NCBI GenBank assembly: GCA_035512895.1
Contig: DATKDB010000123.1
Span: forward strand, 1-51,476
Direction: 5' to 3'
From: Candidatus Binatia bacterium
Lineage (GTDB): Bacteria; Chloroflexota; Limnocylindria; QHBO01
Length of the DNA: 51,476 bases
Shown piece by piece: positions 8,605 to 19,347 of this stretch; the stretch's first letter is position 1; each line of letters starts with the position of its first letter. The translations under genes and the position numbers were made by a program. The notes below the pieces were generated by a model. It worked only from the letters and a program-made list of their open reading frames with translations. It made no database searches and was not told where the DNA came from.

Positions 8605-9471
8605 TTGGTCATGGCGTTCCTGGAGGTGGTCGTGCGGTCGGCCCTGATCGTCGTATCGGTGGCGCTGGTCATCATGGCCTTCCTGTACGTCACGCAGCGC
8701 AGCATGGTGTACTTCCCCGGATCGAACACTCCCGGCGCCGAGCTGCTGCCCGCGCGCGCCGAGACCGTGGAGCTGAACACCGATGATGGTCTGCGCCTTG
8801 GCGCGTGGTTCCTGCCGGCGACGGATGCGCGGGCGGATCGTGCCGCCCCGGCGCCGGGTCCGGCCGTCCTGATCTGCAACGGCAACGCCGGGGACCGCTC
8901 ACACCGTTTGCCGCTCGCCATCGAGCTCAGCGAGCGTGGCTACGCCGTCCTGCTCTTCGACTATCGCGGGTACGGAGGAAATCCGGGAAGTCCGACCGAG
9001 GAGGGCCTGCGGACCGATGCGCGTGCGGCGCTGGAAGTGCTCGCCGCCCGACCCGAAGTCGATCCGAATCGCATCGCGTACTTCGGCGAGTCGCTGGGCG
9101 CAGGCGTGGCAGGCGGCCTGGCAACCGAACGGCCACCGGCGGCGCTCGTGTTGCGGTCGCCGCCACCGTCGATCGCCGAGATGGGGCGCCACCACTATCC
9201 CTACCTGCTGATCGTCGATGCGCTCCTGCTCGACCGATACCCGCTGCGCGAGCAGGTGGGCGCGATGCGGGTGCCGCTGCTCGTGCTCGTGACCGAGCGA
9301 GACGAGATCGTGCCGGCCGTTCTGAGCCGTCGTGTGTACGATGCCGCCGCCGAGCCGAAGCGCTACGTCGCGCTTTCCGCGGCCCACCACAACGATCCCG
9401 CCCTGCTCACCGGCGGCGAGCTCCTCGCCGAGCTGTCCGTCTTTCTCGAGGAGTGGGTCGGGGCACGCTGA
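8605..9471 (+). CDS. Alpha/beta hydrolase
   Basis: 288-aa ORF. N-terminal TM helix, YRGYGGNPGSP, nucleophile elbow GESLGAG and a C-terminal His region (SAAHHND). The start is TTG at 8605, or alternatively ATG at 8611. Confidence 0.8.
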   Translation: MVMAFLEVVVRSALIVVSVALVIMAFLYVTQRSMVYFPGSNTPGAELLPARAETVELNTDDGLRLGAWFLPATDARADRAAPAPGPAVLICNGNAGDRSHRLPLAIELSERGYAVLLFDYRGYGGNPGSPTEEGLRTDARAALEVLAARPEVDPNRIAYFGESLGAGVAGGLATERPPAALVLRSPPPSIAEMGRHHYPYLLIVDALLLDRYPLREQVGAMRVPLLVLVTERDEIVPAVLSRRVYDAAAEPKRYVALSAAHHNDPALLTGGELLAELSVFLEEWVGAR

Positions 9472-9629
9472 CACCGCGACAAAGATGTGGACAACTTTGG
9501 TGGACAGACCCCTTCCGGACCGAGCGTCGCGCGGCCTACGATGCAGCTCGCCCTTGCGGCCCCGACCGAGAGGCCGCAGAGACCTTCATCGTCCATCCTT
9601 TTCGATCTCGCAACGGAGGGTGCCATCGA

Positions 9630-9947
9630 ATGACCCAGCGGTCGTTGGTGTCAGAGGACCTGCCCGCCCCTGACGTCGTCGCATTCATCCGCTACTGCCA
9701 CTGCCGGCGCGGCGCGACCTGGCCGGAGCTCTACGACGAGATGTGCGGCGTCGCCGCACGCCGGGAGTTTAACGGCTGGGACCACGCGGAGCTGGCGGCA
9801 CGCGGACTGACCTTCTCGCTGTTCGAGATGCCTCGCCTCGCCGGATGGGCACGAGCCGTGCTCGCCGGGATGGCGGAGCAGCGCGAGACGGACGGCCACC
9901 TGGGATCAACGACGGGGCGTCTCGCGGCGCGGGCCGCGGTCGCCTGA
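9630..9947 (+). CDS. Hypothetical protein (105 aa, Cys/His-containing)
   Basis: Internal ATG at 9630 follows GGAGGG by about 9 nt. High GC3. No recognised domain. The upstream part of ORF 8805..9947 is an off-frame read of the hydrolase gene. Confidence 0.55.
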   Translation: MTQRSLVSEDLPAPDVVAFIRYCHCRRGATWPELYDEMCGVAARREFNGWDHAELAARGLTFSLFEMPRLAGWARAVLAGMAEQRETDGHLGSTTGRLAARAAVA

Positions 9948-9973
9948 CGACCATCCCGCGCGCAAGATGACAT

Positions 9974-10003
9974 GAAGCCCCGGTCCGCTCGGATCGGGGC
10001 TTT
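9974..10003. terminator. Bidirectional intrinsic terminator hairpin between convergent genes
   Basis: 13-bp stem (9974-9986 pairs with 9991-10003, two G-U pairs) with a GCTC tetraloop. T-containing tails follow on both strands. It lies 27 nt after the stop at 9947 and 29 nt after the minus-strand stop at 10032. Confidence 0.6.
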
Positions 10004-10031
10004 CGTTCGTGATCGGTGCCGGGGGCGCTCG

Positions 10032-10331
10032 TCAGTACGTGTGGCGGCGCGCCATCTCCCGCTCGATCATGCGCTCCATGACGAGGTACTTCTCGATTCG
10101 CCTGCGGAGCTCGTTCGCCTCGGGCGTGTAAAGGTGGACGAACTGCTGCAGCTCGAGGCTGAGCTTCCGGCTGAACATGCGGGCGTGGTCGAGGTTCCGC
10201 CGCAGGAGCACCTGGTCCATGCGCCGGAGGTGCTCCTCGTTGAGGAGGTCCTCGTCGCGCAGGAGCTCACGGTCGACATCGATCTGCGTTCGCTGCAGCT
10301 GGACGGGCGTGATGATGGATTCGTCGGCCAT
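10032..10331 (-). CDS. Hypothetical charged, probably coiled-coil protein (99 aa)
   Basis: ATG start and high GC3. Highly charged heptad-like sequence (RELLRDEDLLNEEHLRRMDQVLLRRNL...). It starts 12 nt after the response-regulator stop. Confidence 0.6.
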   Translation of the reverse strand: MADESIITPVQLQRTQIDVDRELLRDEDLLNEEHLRRMDQVLLRRNLDHARMFSRKLSLELQQFVHLYTPEANELRRRIEKYLVMERMIEREMARRHTY

Positions 10332-10343
10332 GTCGGCAGCAGT

Positions 10344-10748
10344 CTAGCCCGATGTCGGGACGGCTCGCCCGATGATCCGCTCGACGAGCTCGGTGAGCTC
10401 ATCGATCCCGAACGGCTTCGGCAGCACGTGGATGTTGCCGATGCGCTCGAGGTCCGCCTCGCGATCGCGGAGCGCGGAGACGTCCGCCGAGCAGACGACG
10501 ATCGGGACGTCGGCGAGCCGCTCGTCGGCCCGCGACAGGACGATCGTATCCCAGCCGGACGCACCGCCCAGGAGCAGGTCGACGATCACGAGATCCGGCG
10601 TCGACGCGGCGAGCTCGTCGACGGTCGTGGCCGCCTCGGCGAAGAGGGTGACCTCGTAGCCGGCGTCCTCGTCGAGGATCGCGGCCATGAGCTCGAGGAA
10701 CTCGGGATTGTCGTTCAGGACGCTGATGCGCGGGCGGACGGCGGTCAT
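10344..10748 (-). CDS. Single-domain response regulator (CheY-like receiver)
   Basis: Receiver signature: ISVLNDNPE, phospho-acceptor context LVIVDLLLGG, VVCSA and LPKPF. Trimmed to the ATG at 10748; the ORF extends to a TTG at 10817. Confidence 0.8.
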   Translation of the reverse strand: MTAVRPRISVLNDNPEFLELMAAILDEDAGYEVTLFAEAATTVDELAASTPDLVIVDLLLGGASGWDTIVLSRADERLADVPIVVCSADVSALRDREADLERIGNIHVLPKPFGIDELTELVERIIGRAVPTSG

Positions 10749-10854
10749 GGGCTGATCGGTACTCGGTGCGCGGGGCTCGGGGCTCGGATGCTCGGTGGGC
10801 AATCTGAGTATAGCCAATGCATGCCGGCACGTCGGATAGGTATGCTTGGTCGGA

Positions 10855-10931
10855 GTCCCCGTAGCTCAGTGGACCAGAGCAGCCGCCTTCTAAGCGGCCG
10901 GTCGCAGGTTCGAATCCTGCCGGGGACGCCA
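10855..10931 (+). tRNA. tRNA-Arg(UCU): tRNA-Arg, anticodon UCU, CCA encoded
   Basis: Manual cloverleaf: acceptor GTCCCCG/CGGGGAC, D arm GCTC..GAGC, anticodon arm GCCGC-CTTCTAA-GCGGC (TCT at positions 34-36), variable loop CGGTC, T arm GCAGG-TTCGAAT-CCTGC, discriminator G, then CCA. Confidence 0.9.
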
Positions 10932-10938
10932 CGTCGCG

Positions 10939-12153
10939 TCAGCCCGCGGCGGACTCAATGGCCGCCACCGCCGCCTCCAGCCCGTTCTCGTCACCGATGC
11001 GCTCGCCGAGCCCTTGGGCAGTCGCGTGCATGTCGCGGTCGGCCGCCGCCGTCAGGGCCGCCTCCGCCAGCTCGGCGGCGCGCAGGCGGCGCGCCGGCTG
11101 GGGCGCGGGCGCGACGCCAAGCCGATGGAGCCGCTCCGCCCAGTACGGCTGGTCGCCGACGTGGGGGACGACGAGCGACGGGACGCCGGCCGCGCACGCC
11201 GCATGCGTCGTCCCGGCCCCGCCGTGATGGACGACGAGCCCCGCCCGCCGCAGGAGCGCCCGGTGATCGAGCGCCTCGATGCGGAGCAGGTTCGGCGAGG
11301 CGACCGATCGTGCGAGCGCACCCTGGACGATGACGCGGCGCCCGGCGTCGAGGAGGGTTTCGACCGTCGCACCGATGATCTCGTCGGGCGCCCAGGTCAT
11401 GGAGCCGAAGGCGATGACGATCGGCGCGGCTCCCTCGGCGATGAACGTCTCGACCGGATCGGGCAGCGCGGCCGGCGCGGAGCGGTCGAGCCACGCTCCC
11501 GCGACGATCGTCGTGGCCGGCAGGTCGGGCGGCACGCGGATGATGGCTGGGGAGCAGGCGACGAGGTGCAGGAGCCCGGAGCGCGCGCGAAAGAGGGGCA
11601 ACCCGCGCTGCCGGCTGCCCGCACGCCGCAGCAGCTCGTCGAGTGGCCGGCCGAGGCGCGCCAGCGCTCGATCGAGCATCCACCACGCCAGGCGGTTCAT
11701 CGGTCCGGCGTTCGGCATGCCTGGCGGGGGAGCGCCCGACGTCGGCAGCAGCACGGGATCGAAGACGGCCGTCGCCCAGCGCGTGCCGACGTCGAGCACC
11801 GCCGCGTGCGCCAGGGCATGGATGCCATGCAGCAGCACGAGGTCATGGTCCGCGAGCAGCTCGCGCAGTCGTCGGTAGTGTGCCTCCCCGTCGGCCAGGT
11901 GAAAGTCGCGCAGGACCGCGACCTGGTCCATCGCGCCGCGGTCGACCGCGTCGGCCGCCACGGCCGCGATGCGGGCCGCGTCGGCGTGCGGGCCTGCCAC
12001 CTCGACCCGGACGCCCGGCCGGGCGAGCGCGCTGCGATGCACCGGCCATGTCACCGCGGTCACCTCGTGCCCGCGGCCGACGAGCTGACCGGCGAGGAGT
12101 GCGAACGGGGCGACGTCGCCGGTCGTGCCGACCGTCGCCAGCGCGACCCGCAC
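10939..12153 (-). CDS. GT1-family glycosyltransferase (MGT/UDP-glycosyltransferase type)
   Basis: GTG start at 12153 shares one nucleotide with the TAG stop of the upstream gene. N-terminal VALATVGTTGDVAPF and C-terminal nucleotide-sugar signature VVHHGGAGTTHAACAAGVPSLVVPHVGDQPYWA. The rest of ORF 10939..13323 is off-frame over the upstream gene. Confidence 0.85.
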   Translation of the reverse strand: MRVALATVGTTGDVAPFALLAGQLVGRGHEVTAVTWPVHRSALARPGVRVEVAGPHADAARIAAVAADAVDRGAMDQVAVLRDFHLADGEAHYRRLRELLADHDLVLLHGIHALAHAAVLDVGTRWATAVFDPVLLPTSGAPPPGMPNAGPMNRLAWWMLDRALARLGRPLDELLRRAGSRQRGLPLFRARSGLLHLVACSPAIIRVPPDLPATTIVAGAWLDRSAPAALPDPVETFIAEGAAPIVIAFGSMTWAPDEIIGATVETLLDAGRRVIVQGALARSVASPNLLRIEALDHRALLRRAGLVVHHGGAGTTHAACAAGVPSLVVPHVGDQPYWAERLHRLGVAPAPQPARRLRAAELAEAALTAAADRDMHATAQGLGERIGDENGLEAAVAAIESAAG

Positions 12154-13046
12154 TAGATCGCGGCGATGCTTGGCGGTGCCAAGCGTGGCCCGCGCCGCGG
12201 CGCGACGACGCGACCGACCTCGAGCAGCCGCTGGACCCGGCCGCGCTGGCCGCGGTACGGCTCGAGCAGCTCGAGCATGCGCGCATCGCCGGCGCGCGGC
12301 TCGCCGGCCAGCGCCCACGCCACGCTGTTCGGGATGTGGAAGTCGCCGATGCTGACGGCGTCCGGGTCCCCGAACGCGCTGCGCAGCACCTCGGCCACGG
12401 TCCACGGCCCGATGCCGGGCAGGGAGCGAAGCCGTCGCTCCGCCTCTTCGGCCGTCGCCGCGGCCTCGAGCCAGGCGGCGCGACCGGCGGCGCGGCGGAC
12501 GACGTCCGCCCGTCGGCGCTCGATCCCGAGCGGGTGGAACGCGTGGTACGGCAGTCCCGCCAGCGTCTCGGCGGCCGGCGGCAGCAGGAGGCCGCCCGGC
12601 CCGGGTGCGGGCTTGCCGTAGCGGCGCAGGAGGGCGGCGTACGAGCGGAAGGCCTCGGTGCCGGTGACCTTCTGCTCGAGCACCGCTGGCACGAGGGCGT
12701 GCAGCACGCGTCGGGTGCGCGGCATCCGCATGCCCGGGTTGCGGCGCTCGATCTCGTGCAGGACGCGATGCTGTGCTACGAAGTCTTCGGGTCGGTCGGC
12801 CTCGCCGATGAGCTCCGGCACGCCATCGAGCGCCCGTGCGGCGCCATCGCCCCAGGTGGCGGCACGGAGCACGGCAGGCCCCTCGATCACGAGGCGCAGG
12901 GTGGCCGGACCGTCCGAAGTGCGGAACGCGAGCCATGCCTCTCCGCGGCCGAGGCGAATCGTCGCGTCGCCGCGGCCGTGGGCCAGTGGCCCGAGCGTCG
13001 TGCCCAGGTCGAGCGGGCGCTGGAGCGCGAGCCGGCGCTCGATCAC
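12153..13046 (-). CDS. DNA-3-methyladenine glycosylase II family protein (AlkA-like, HhH-GPD)
   Basis: GTG at 13046 forms a GTGA overlap with the upstream stop. AlkA-like N-terminal domain followed by HhH-GPD: LPGIGPWTVAEVLRSAFGDPDAVSIGDFHIP, with the catalytic-position Asp retained. Confidence 0.8.
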   Translation of the reverse strand: MIERRLALQRPLDLGTTLGPLAHGRGDATIRLGRGEAWLAFRTSDGPATLRLVIEGPAVLRAATWGDGAARALDGVPELIGEADRPEDFVAQHRVLHEIERRNPGMRMPRTRRVLHALVPAVLEQKVTGTEAFRSYAALLRRYGKPAPGPGGLLLPPAAETLAGLPYHAFHPLGIERRRADVVRRAAGRAAWLEAAATAEEAERRLRSLPGIGPWTVAEVLRSAFGDPDAVSIGDFHIPNSVAWALAGEPRAGDARMLELLEPYRGQRGRVQRLLEVGRVVAPRRGPRLAPPSIAAI

Positions 13047-14043
13047 CGACGCATGGACAGGAGGATCGGCGCTGGGCCGCCCTGGGCGGCCTCGAAGTCG
13101 GCACGGCTGCGCAGGCCGCGGTAGCCCTCCGACACGATGACCTGCGCGCAGGACGCGCCGAGCGAGCCGCCCGGGCCGGGGAGCAGGATGACCTCGGGCG
13201 CGTACTCGCGCAGCGCGACGCGCACGCTGGCCGCGAAGTCGTACGTCTGCCCAGCCTGGCCATGCAGGGACCGTTCGGCGAGGTGCGCCGGGTCGGTGGA
13301 CCACGGCGTGAAGCGGACGCCACGGCCGTCGACCAGCGTCACGTTCGGCTTGTCCCAGGCGAGCTTGTCGAGGCGCTCGGCCGCCGCCTCGGCGGCAGCC
13401 GAGCGCAACGGCGTGTGCCAGCCCTCGCCGAGGGCGAGCCGCAGCGGAAACGTCCGCTCCGAGACGTCGACGGGCGACAGCGCGGCGCCGATCGCGTCGA
13501 CGCCCACCGAGCTCCCGCCGATGACCGCGAATGCCCCCATGTCGACGGCGAGCGCCGTGCTGCCGTTCGTCCTCGACAGGGCCGTCTCGATCGCCGCGCG
13601 ATACGCCGGCTCCGGTCGCCACGCCTCGTCGGCGAGCGGGTACACGAGCTCGGCGCCCGGGCTGCCGTCGGCGAGCGGCGCCTCCGCCGCGGCCGCCATC
13701 TCGGCCACGAGCCGGAAGGCATCGTCGAACCCGAGCGCGCCGGACGCGGCGAGGGCCGTGTACCAGCCGGTCGAGCTCGCGACGACGACGACGACCTCGT
13801 GGTCGTCGGCGATGCGCTCGGCGTCGAGCAGGCTCGACAGGAAGATGAGTGGCCACGCATTCGTCGGCCGCAGGTGGGTCGCCGGATCGAACCGGCCGGC
13901 GGCGTCGAGCTCGGAGAGCGGCGGAAGTCCCGCCTCGTCGCGCAGCTCGTCGGCACGGCGCACCCACTCGTGGGTCGCGGGCAGCGACCCGAGCGAGCCG
14001 GGCCCGTACGAGCCACGCCCCGGGAAGGCGACCGCGGCGCGGC

Positions 14044-14047
<4 letters not shown>
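13043..14047 (-). CDS. FabD-like acyltransferase (malonyl-CoA:ACP transacylase superfamily, divergent)
   Basis: ATG at 14047 forms an ATGA overlap with the upstream stop. AFPGRGSYG matches FabD FPGQGSQ. ASSTGWYTALAASGALGFDDAFRLV matches GHSLGEYSAL..G.L.F.DAL.LV, with Ser kept and His replaced. WHTPL keeps the second catalytic His. Confidence 0.75.
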
Positions 14048-16374
<2,327 letters not shown>

Positions 16375-16401
16375 ACATGATACCGCCGCCGCCGCGTCGA
16401 G

Positions 16402-16584
16402 CTATCTCCACCGGGGGAAGTCGCCGCCCCCGGTTGACGCGGCAGCGATCCCGGACAGGAGGGCCTGGATGAGCAGCGCGGCGATCGGGGACCAGATGAG
16501 CGGGTTGCGAAGCCTGCCGGAGAGCATGGCCGATACCTCGTTCGGCGCTCGGCGCGGACCGGGGCGTCCGCGTGCCGGCGTCAT
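16402..16584 (-). CDS. Candidate small membrane protein (60 aa; alternatively 41 aa from the internal ATG)
   Basis: ATG lies 11 nt after GGAG. About 80% GC3, similar to real genes here. One predicted TM helix (PLIWSPIAALLIQALLSGIAAAS). It ends 27 nt upstream of the E1 start. No homology recognised. Confidence 0.35.
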   Translation of the reverse strand: MTPARGRPGPRRAPNEVSAMLSGRLRNPLIWSPIAALLIQALLSGIAAASTGGGDFPRWR

Positions 16585-16605
16585 CGTCCATGGGACTCCA
16601 CGCGT

Positions 16606-16634
16606 GCTTACCAGCCGCTTACCGCCCGCTTATC
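16606..16634. repeat. Three tandem heptamers GCTTACC / GCTTACC / GCTTATC with an 11-nt period
   Basis: Read directly from the sequence: GCTTACCagccGCTTACCgcccGCTTATC. The first 18 nt are the exact reverse complement of 44623-44640. Confidence 0.8.
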
Positions 16635-16652
16635 GCGCGTTCGCCGGGAGCG

Positions 16653-17489
16653 TCAGCCGCCGATCGAGATGAGGACGATGCCTAGGACGGCGAGCGCGAC
16701 CCCCAGCTGTCCGAGGCGCGGCAGCCGCTCGCCGAGCAGGACACGAGCGAGGAGCATCGTGACGACCGGGTAGAGGCCGATGAGCGCCGCGGCCAGGCCG
16801 ATCGGGAGCTCCTCGCGCGCCACGACGTAGAGCGCGTTTCCTCCGACGTCGAAGATGCCCGCGATGACGATGATCCGGATTGGCAGCCTCGACCGATCGA
16901 CTCGCCGGCCGAGCACGAAGGCCGCCGCGAGGCCGGCCGACGCGGCGCGGCTGAAGACGAGTGCCCAGAGCGGATCGCCGCCGCGCGCCGCGAGGTCGAT
17001 GAGGACGTACCACGCGCCGAAGCCGAGCGCGGCGATGCCGGCGAGCCCGAGCGAGCGGCGGCCGACCTCGTCGCGCGACGCGCCGCCGGCCGCGGCCGCA
17101 GCCCCGGCGGCGCTCGCGACGCCGAGCAGTTGGAGCGGAGAGACGGTGGCGCCGAGCACGGCGCCGGCGACGAGCGGAATTGCCAGCGAGCCCGCACCGC
17201 TGAGCGAGGTCACGAGGCCCATGCTGCCGATCGACATGCCGCGGTAGAGCGCGGCGAGGCCGATGAGCCCGGCGACGCCGGCGGTGAGCGCGACGAGCAC
17301 CGTGCCGGCGTCGGGCATGGGAGGCTGGATGACGAGGGCGGCGACGAGCAATGCGACGAGCCCGGTCGCGTGCGCGCCGGCGACGACGATCAGGGCACCG
17401 GCGCGGCGCGAGGCGACCGCGCCGGCGAAGTCACCGGTGCCGAACGAGAGCGCTCCGAAGACGCCGGCGGCGATGCCCGTCGGTCCCAC
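16653..17489 (-). CDS. EamA/DMT superfamily transporter
   Basis: 278-aa ORF with about 10 TM segments rich in Gly and Ala. GTG start follows GAGGA by 6 nt. Two-repeat EamA-like organisation. Confidence 0.75.
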   Translation of the reverse strand: MGPTGIAAGVFGALSFGTGDFAGAVASRRAGALIVVAGAHATGLVALLVAALVIQPPMPDAGTVLVALTAGVAGLIGLAALYRGMSIGSMGLVTSLSGAGSLAIPLVAGAVLGATVSPLQLLGVASAAGAAAAAGGASRDEVGRRSLGLAGIAALGFGAWYVLIDLAARGGDPLWALVFSRAASAGLAAAFVLGRRVDRSRLPIRIIVIAGIFDVGGNALYVVAREELPIGLAAALIGLYPVVTMLLARVLLGERLPRLGQLGVALAVLGIVLISIGG

Positions 17490-17647
17490 GTCGAATCCTC
17501 GTGCTGTGCGGGGGCTGCGCGGACTCTAGCGCAGGTCGGGCGGCGACCGGCGTAGGCTTGGGCGTGGCCGGCCAGATCCGAGCGCCGGACGAGAGGAGAG
17601 CAGCAACCCGTGGCTCCCGCAGCGGCGATTCGGCGCATCCCGGTCGG

Positions 17648-17983
17648 ATGACCGAGCGCCCTGGGCTGCCTGCGCCGCTCCGGCCACTGCCAGGCGGCCC
17701 GCTTGCCGCGCCGAGCGTGGAGGCGGCGCAGGCACGCCTGCGCGAGGCCGGCGTCGACCCGCTGACGTGGGGCAACGGCCCGGGCGACGGCTACGCCCCG
17801 CACGAGCACGACTTTACGAAGCTGCTCATCTGCGCGGAGGGCTCGATCACGTTCGAGATCGGGGCCGATGCGACGCCCGTCGAGCTCCGCGCCGGTGATG
17901 GGTTCGAGCTGCCGCCCGGCACGCGTCACGGCGCGCTCGTCGGCCCTGACGGCTGCACCTGCGTCGAGGGGCACCGGCGCTAG
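17648..17983 (+). CDS. Cupin domain protein
   Basis: Internal ATG at 17648. Cupin motifs YAPHEHDFTKLLICAEG and GDGFELPPGTRHGA. The upstream part of ORF 17351..17983 is antisense to the DMT gene. Confidence 0.7.
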   Translation: MTERPGLPAPLRPLPGGPLAAPSVEAAQARLREAGVDPLTWGNGPGDGYAPHEHDFTKLLICAEGSITFEIGADATPVELRAGDGFELPPGTRHGALVGPDGCTCVEGHRR

Positions 17984-18276
17984 GCGCGCTCCAGCCTCGA
18001 GGCCGCCTTCCGGGCATCGGCCTCGAACCGGTTGTCGTGGTACCACCGCTTGCCGCTGCGTTTCGCGCGGAGCGCCTCGGCGATGTAGGCGACCGGGAAG
18101 AGGAACCCGAGCCGCCGCCATTGGCGAACGTGCTCGAGCTCATGTTCGAGCTCCGCGGCGGTCAGGGTGCGCCAGGCGAGGATCGTGCCGCCGAGGGTGA
18201 TCGCCAGCCAGTCCCGCAGGAGCAGCCGGCCGGGAATGCGCAGCCAGGGGACGATGACGAGCCGATGTCGCGTCAC
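17980..18276 (-). CDS. Small HExxH-motif protein (zincin-like, DUF4157-like)
   Basis: 98-aa ORF. GTG start forms a GTGA overlap with the GT2 stop. AITLGGTILAW....LEHELEHVRQW resembles the DUF4157-type G.TI......L.HEL.HV.Q signature. Confidence 0.6.
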   Translation of the reverse strand: MTRHRLVIVPWLRIPGRLLLRDWLAITLGGTILAWRTLTAAELEHELEHVRQWRRLGFLFPVAYIAEALRAKRSGKRWYHDNRFEADARKAASRLERA

Positions 18277-19202
18277 TCCGCGTCACCCGGCTCCAGCAGC
18301 AGGTCGCGACGGTCGCCCCAGTGCTCGAGGAAGCGGTAGAAGTTCCGCTTGCTGAGCCGATCGCGCTCGGCGTCCGGCAGCGACGCGTAGCCACGGTGCT
18401 CGTGACGCTCGAGCGGCAGCGGCGCGGTGCGGATCGCCCTCCAGCCGGCGTCCCGGACGGCGAAGCTCAGGTCCAGGTCGGCGTTGCGGTAGAAGCGAAA
18501 GCGCCGATCGAACCCGCCCACCGCGCGCAGCGCCTCACGGCGGATCGCCAGGCAGTAGCCCTCGATCGCGTCGACCTCGCCGGCGGGTGCATCGGTGAAC
18601 TGGCGCGCGTCGGCACTCGTGACGCCCCATCCGCCGGCGATTCCGGCGCGAGGATCGGCGTCGAAGATGGCCAGGAGGGGCGCGACGAAGTCGCCGGTCG
18701 GCTCGAGCGAGGTGTCGAGCAGGACGGTGATCTCGCCCCGTGAGTGACGCAGACCGAGGGTCCGAGCGTCGGCCCAGCCGAGGCGATCCGGGCTCCGCAC
18801 GACCCGCGGCTCGACCGGCAGGTCGACCGACGCGAGGAGGCCGTCCAGGTCGAAGGCGGCGCCGTTGTCGACGATGACGAGCTCCCACGGCACGGCCGGC
18901 GCGTGCGAGGCGAGGCCGCGCAGGAAGCGCCCGAGATCGTCGGGATGATCCTCCGCCGCGACCTGCAGCGACGCGCGCACGGACGCCTCCTCGTCGAGGA
19001 GCGAGACGCCGGTCGCGGCGGCCTCCTGGGGCGCCAGGATCGGGCGAGCCGTCGAGGCGCGTGGGCCGTCCTGCACCTCCCAGCCGAGGGCGGCGATCTC
19101 GTCGCGCAGCGCATCCGCCCGCGCCCAGTCGCGCGCCTCGCGGGCCGCCGTGCGCTCGACCACGAGGCGCCGGACGTCAGGTGGCGGAGCGTCGGAGGTC
19201 AT
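18273..19202 (-). CDS. GT2-family glycosyltransferase with a CysRS C-terminal-like N-terminal segment
   Basis: 309-aa ORF. ATG follows AGGAG. GT2 core: ELVIVDNGA, RLGWADARTLG, LLDTSLEP. The N-terminal DVRRLVVERTAAREARDWARADALRDEIAALGWEVQDGP mirrors the extreme C-terminus of CysRS. Confidence 0.8.
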   Translation of the reverse strand: MTSDAPPPDVRRLVVERTAAREARDWARADALRDEIAALGWEVQDGPRASTARPILAPQEAAATGVSLLDEEASVRASLQVAAEDHPDDLGRFLRGLASHAPAVPWELVIVDNGAAFDLDGLLASVDLPVEPRVVRSPDRLGWADARTLGLRHSRGEITVLLDTSLEPTGDFVAPLLAIFDADPRAGIAGGWGVTSADARQFTDAPAGEVDAIEGYCLAIRREALRAVGGFDRRFRFYRNADLDLSFAVRDAGWRAIRTAPLPLERHEHRGYASLPDAERDRLSKRNFYRFLEHWGDRRDLLLEPGDAE

Positions 19203-19347
19203 GGCGGAAAGTACTCCTGTGCCTGGCCCGAACGTACCGGGCGGCGCGAGGGCACCGCAACCTTACTATCCGACCACGAGCCGCATCTACCACACCTGCC
19301 CGGTGCAGCGGCCATGTGCCCGAGAACACGAGGATCGAGAGCAAGCG

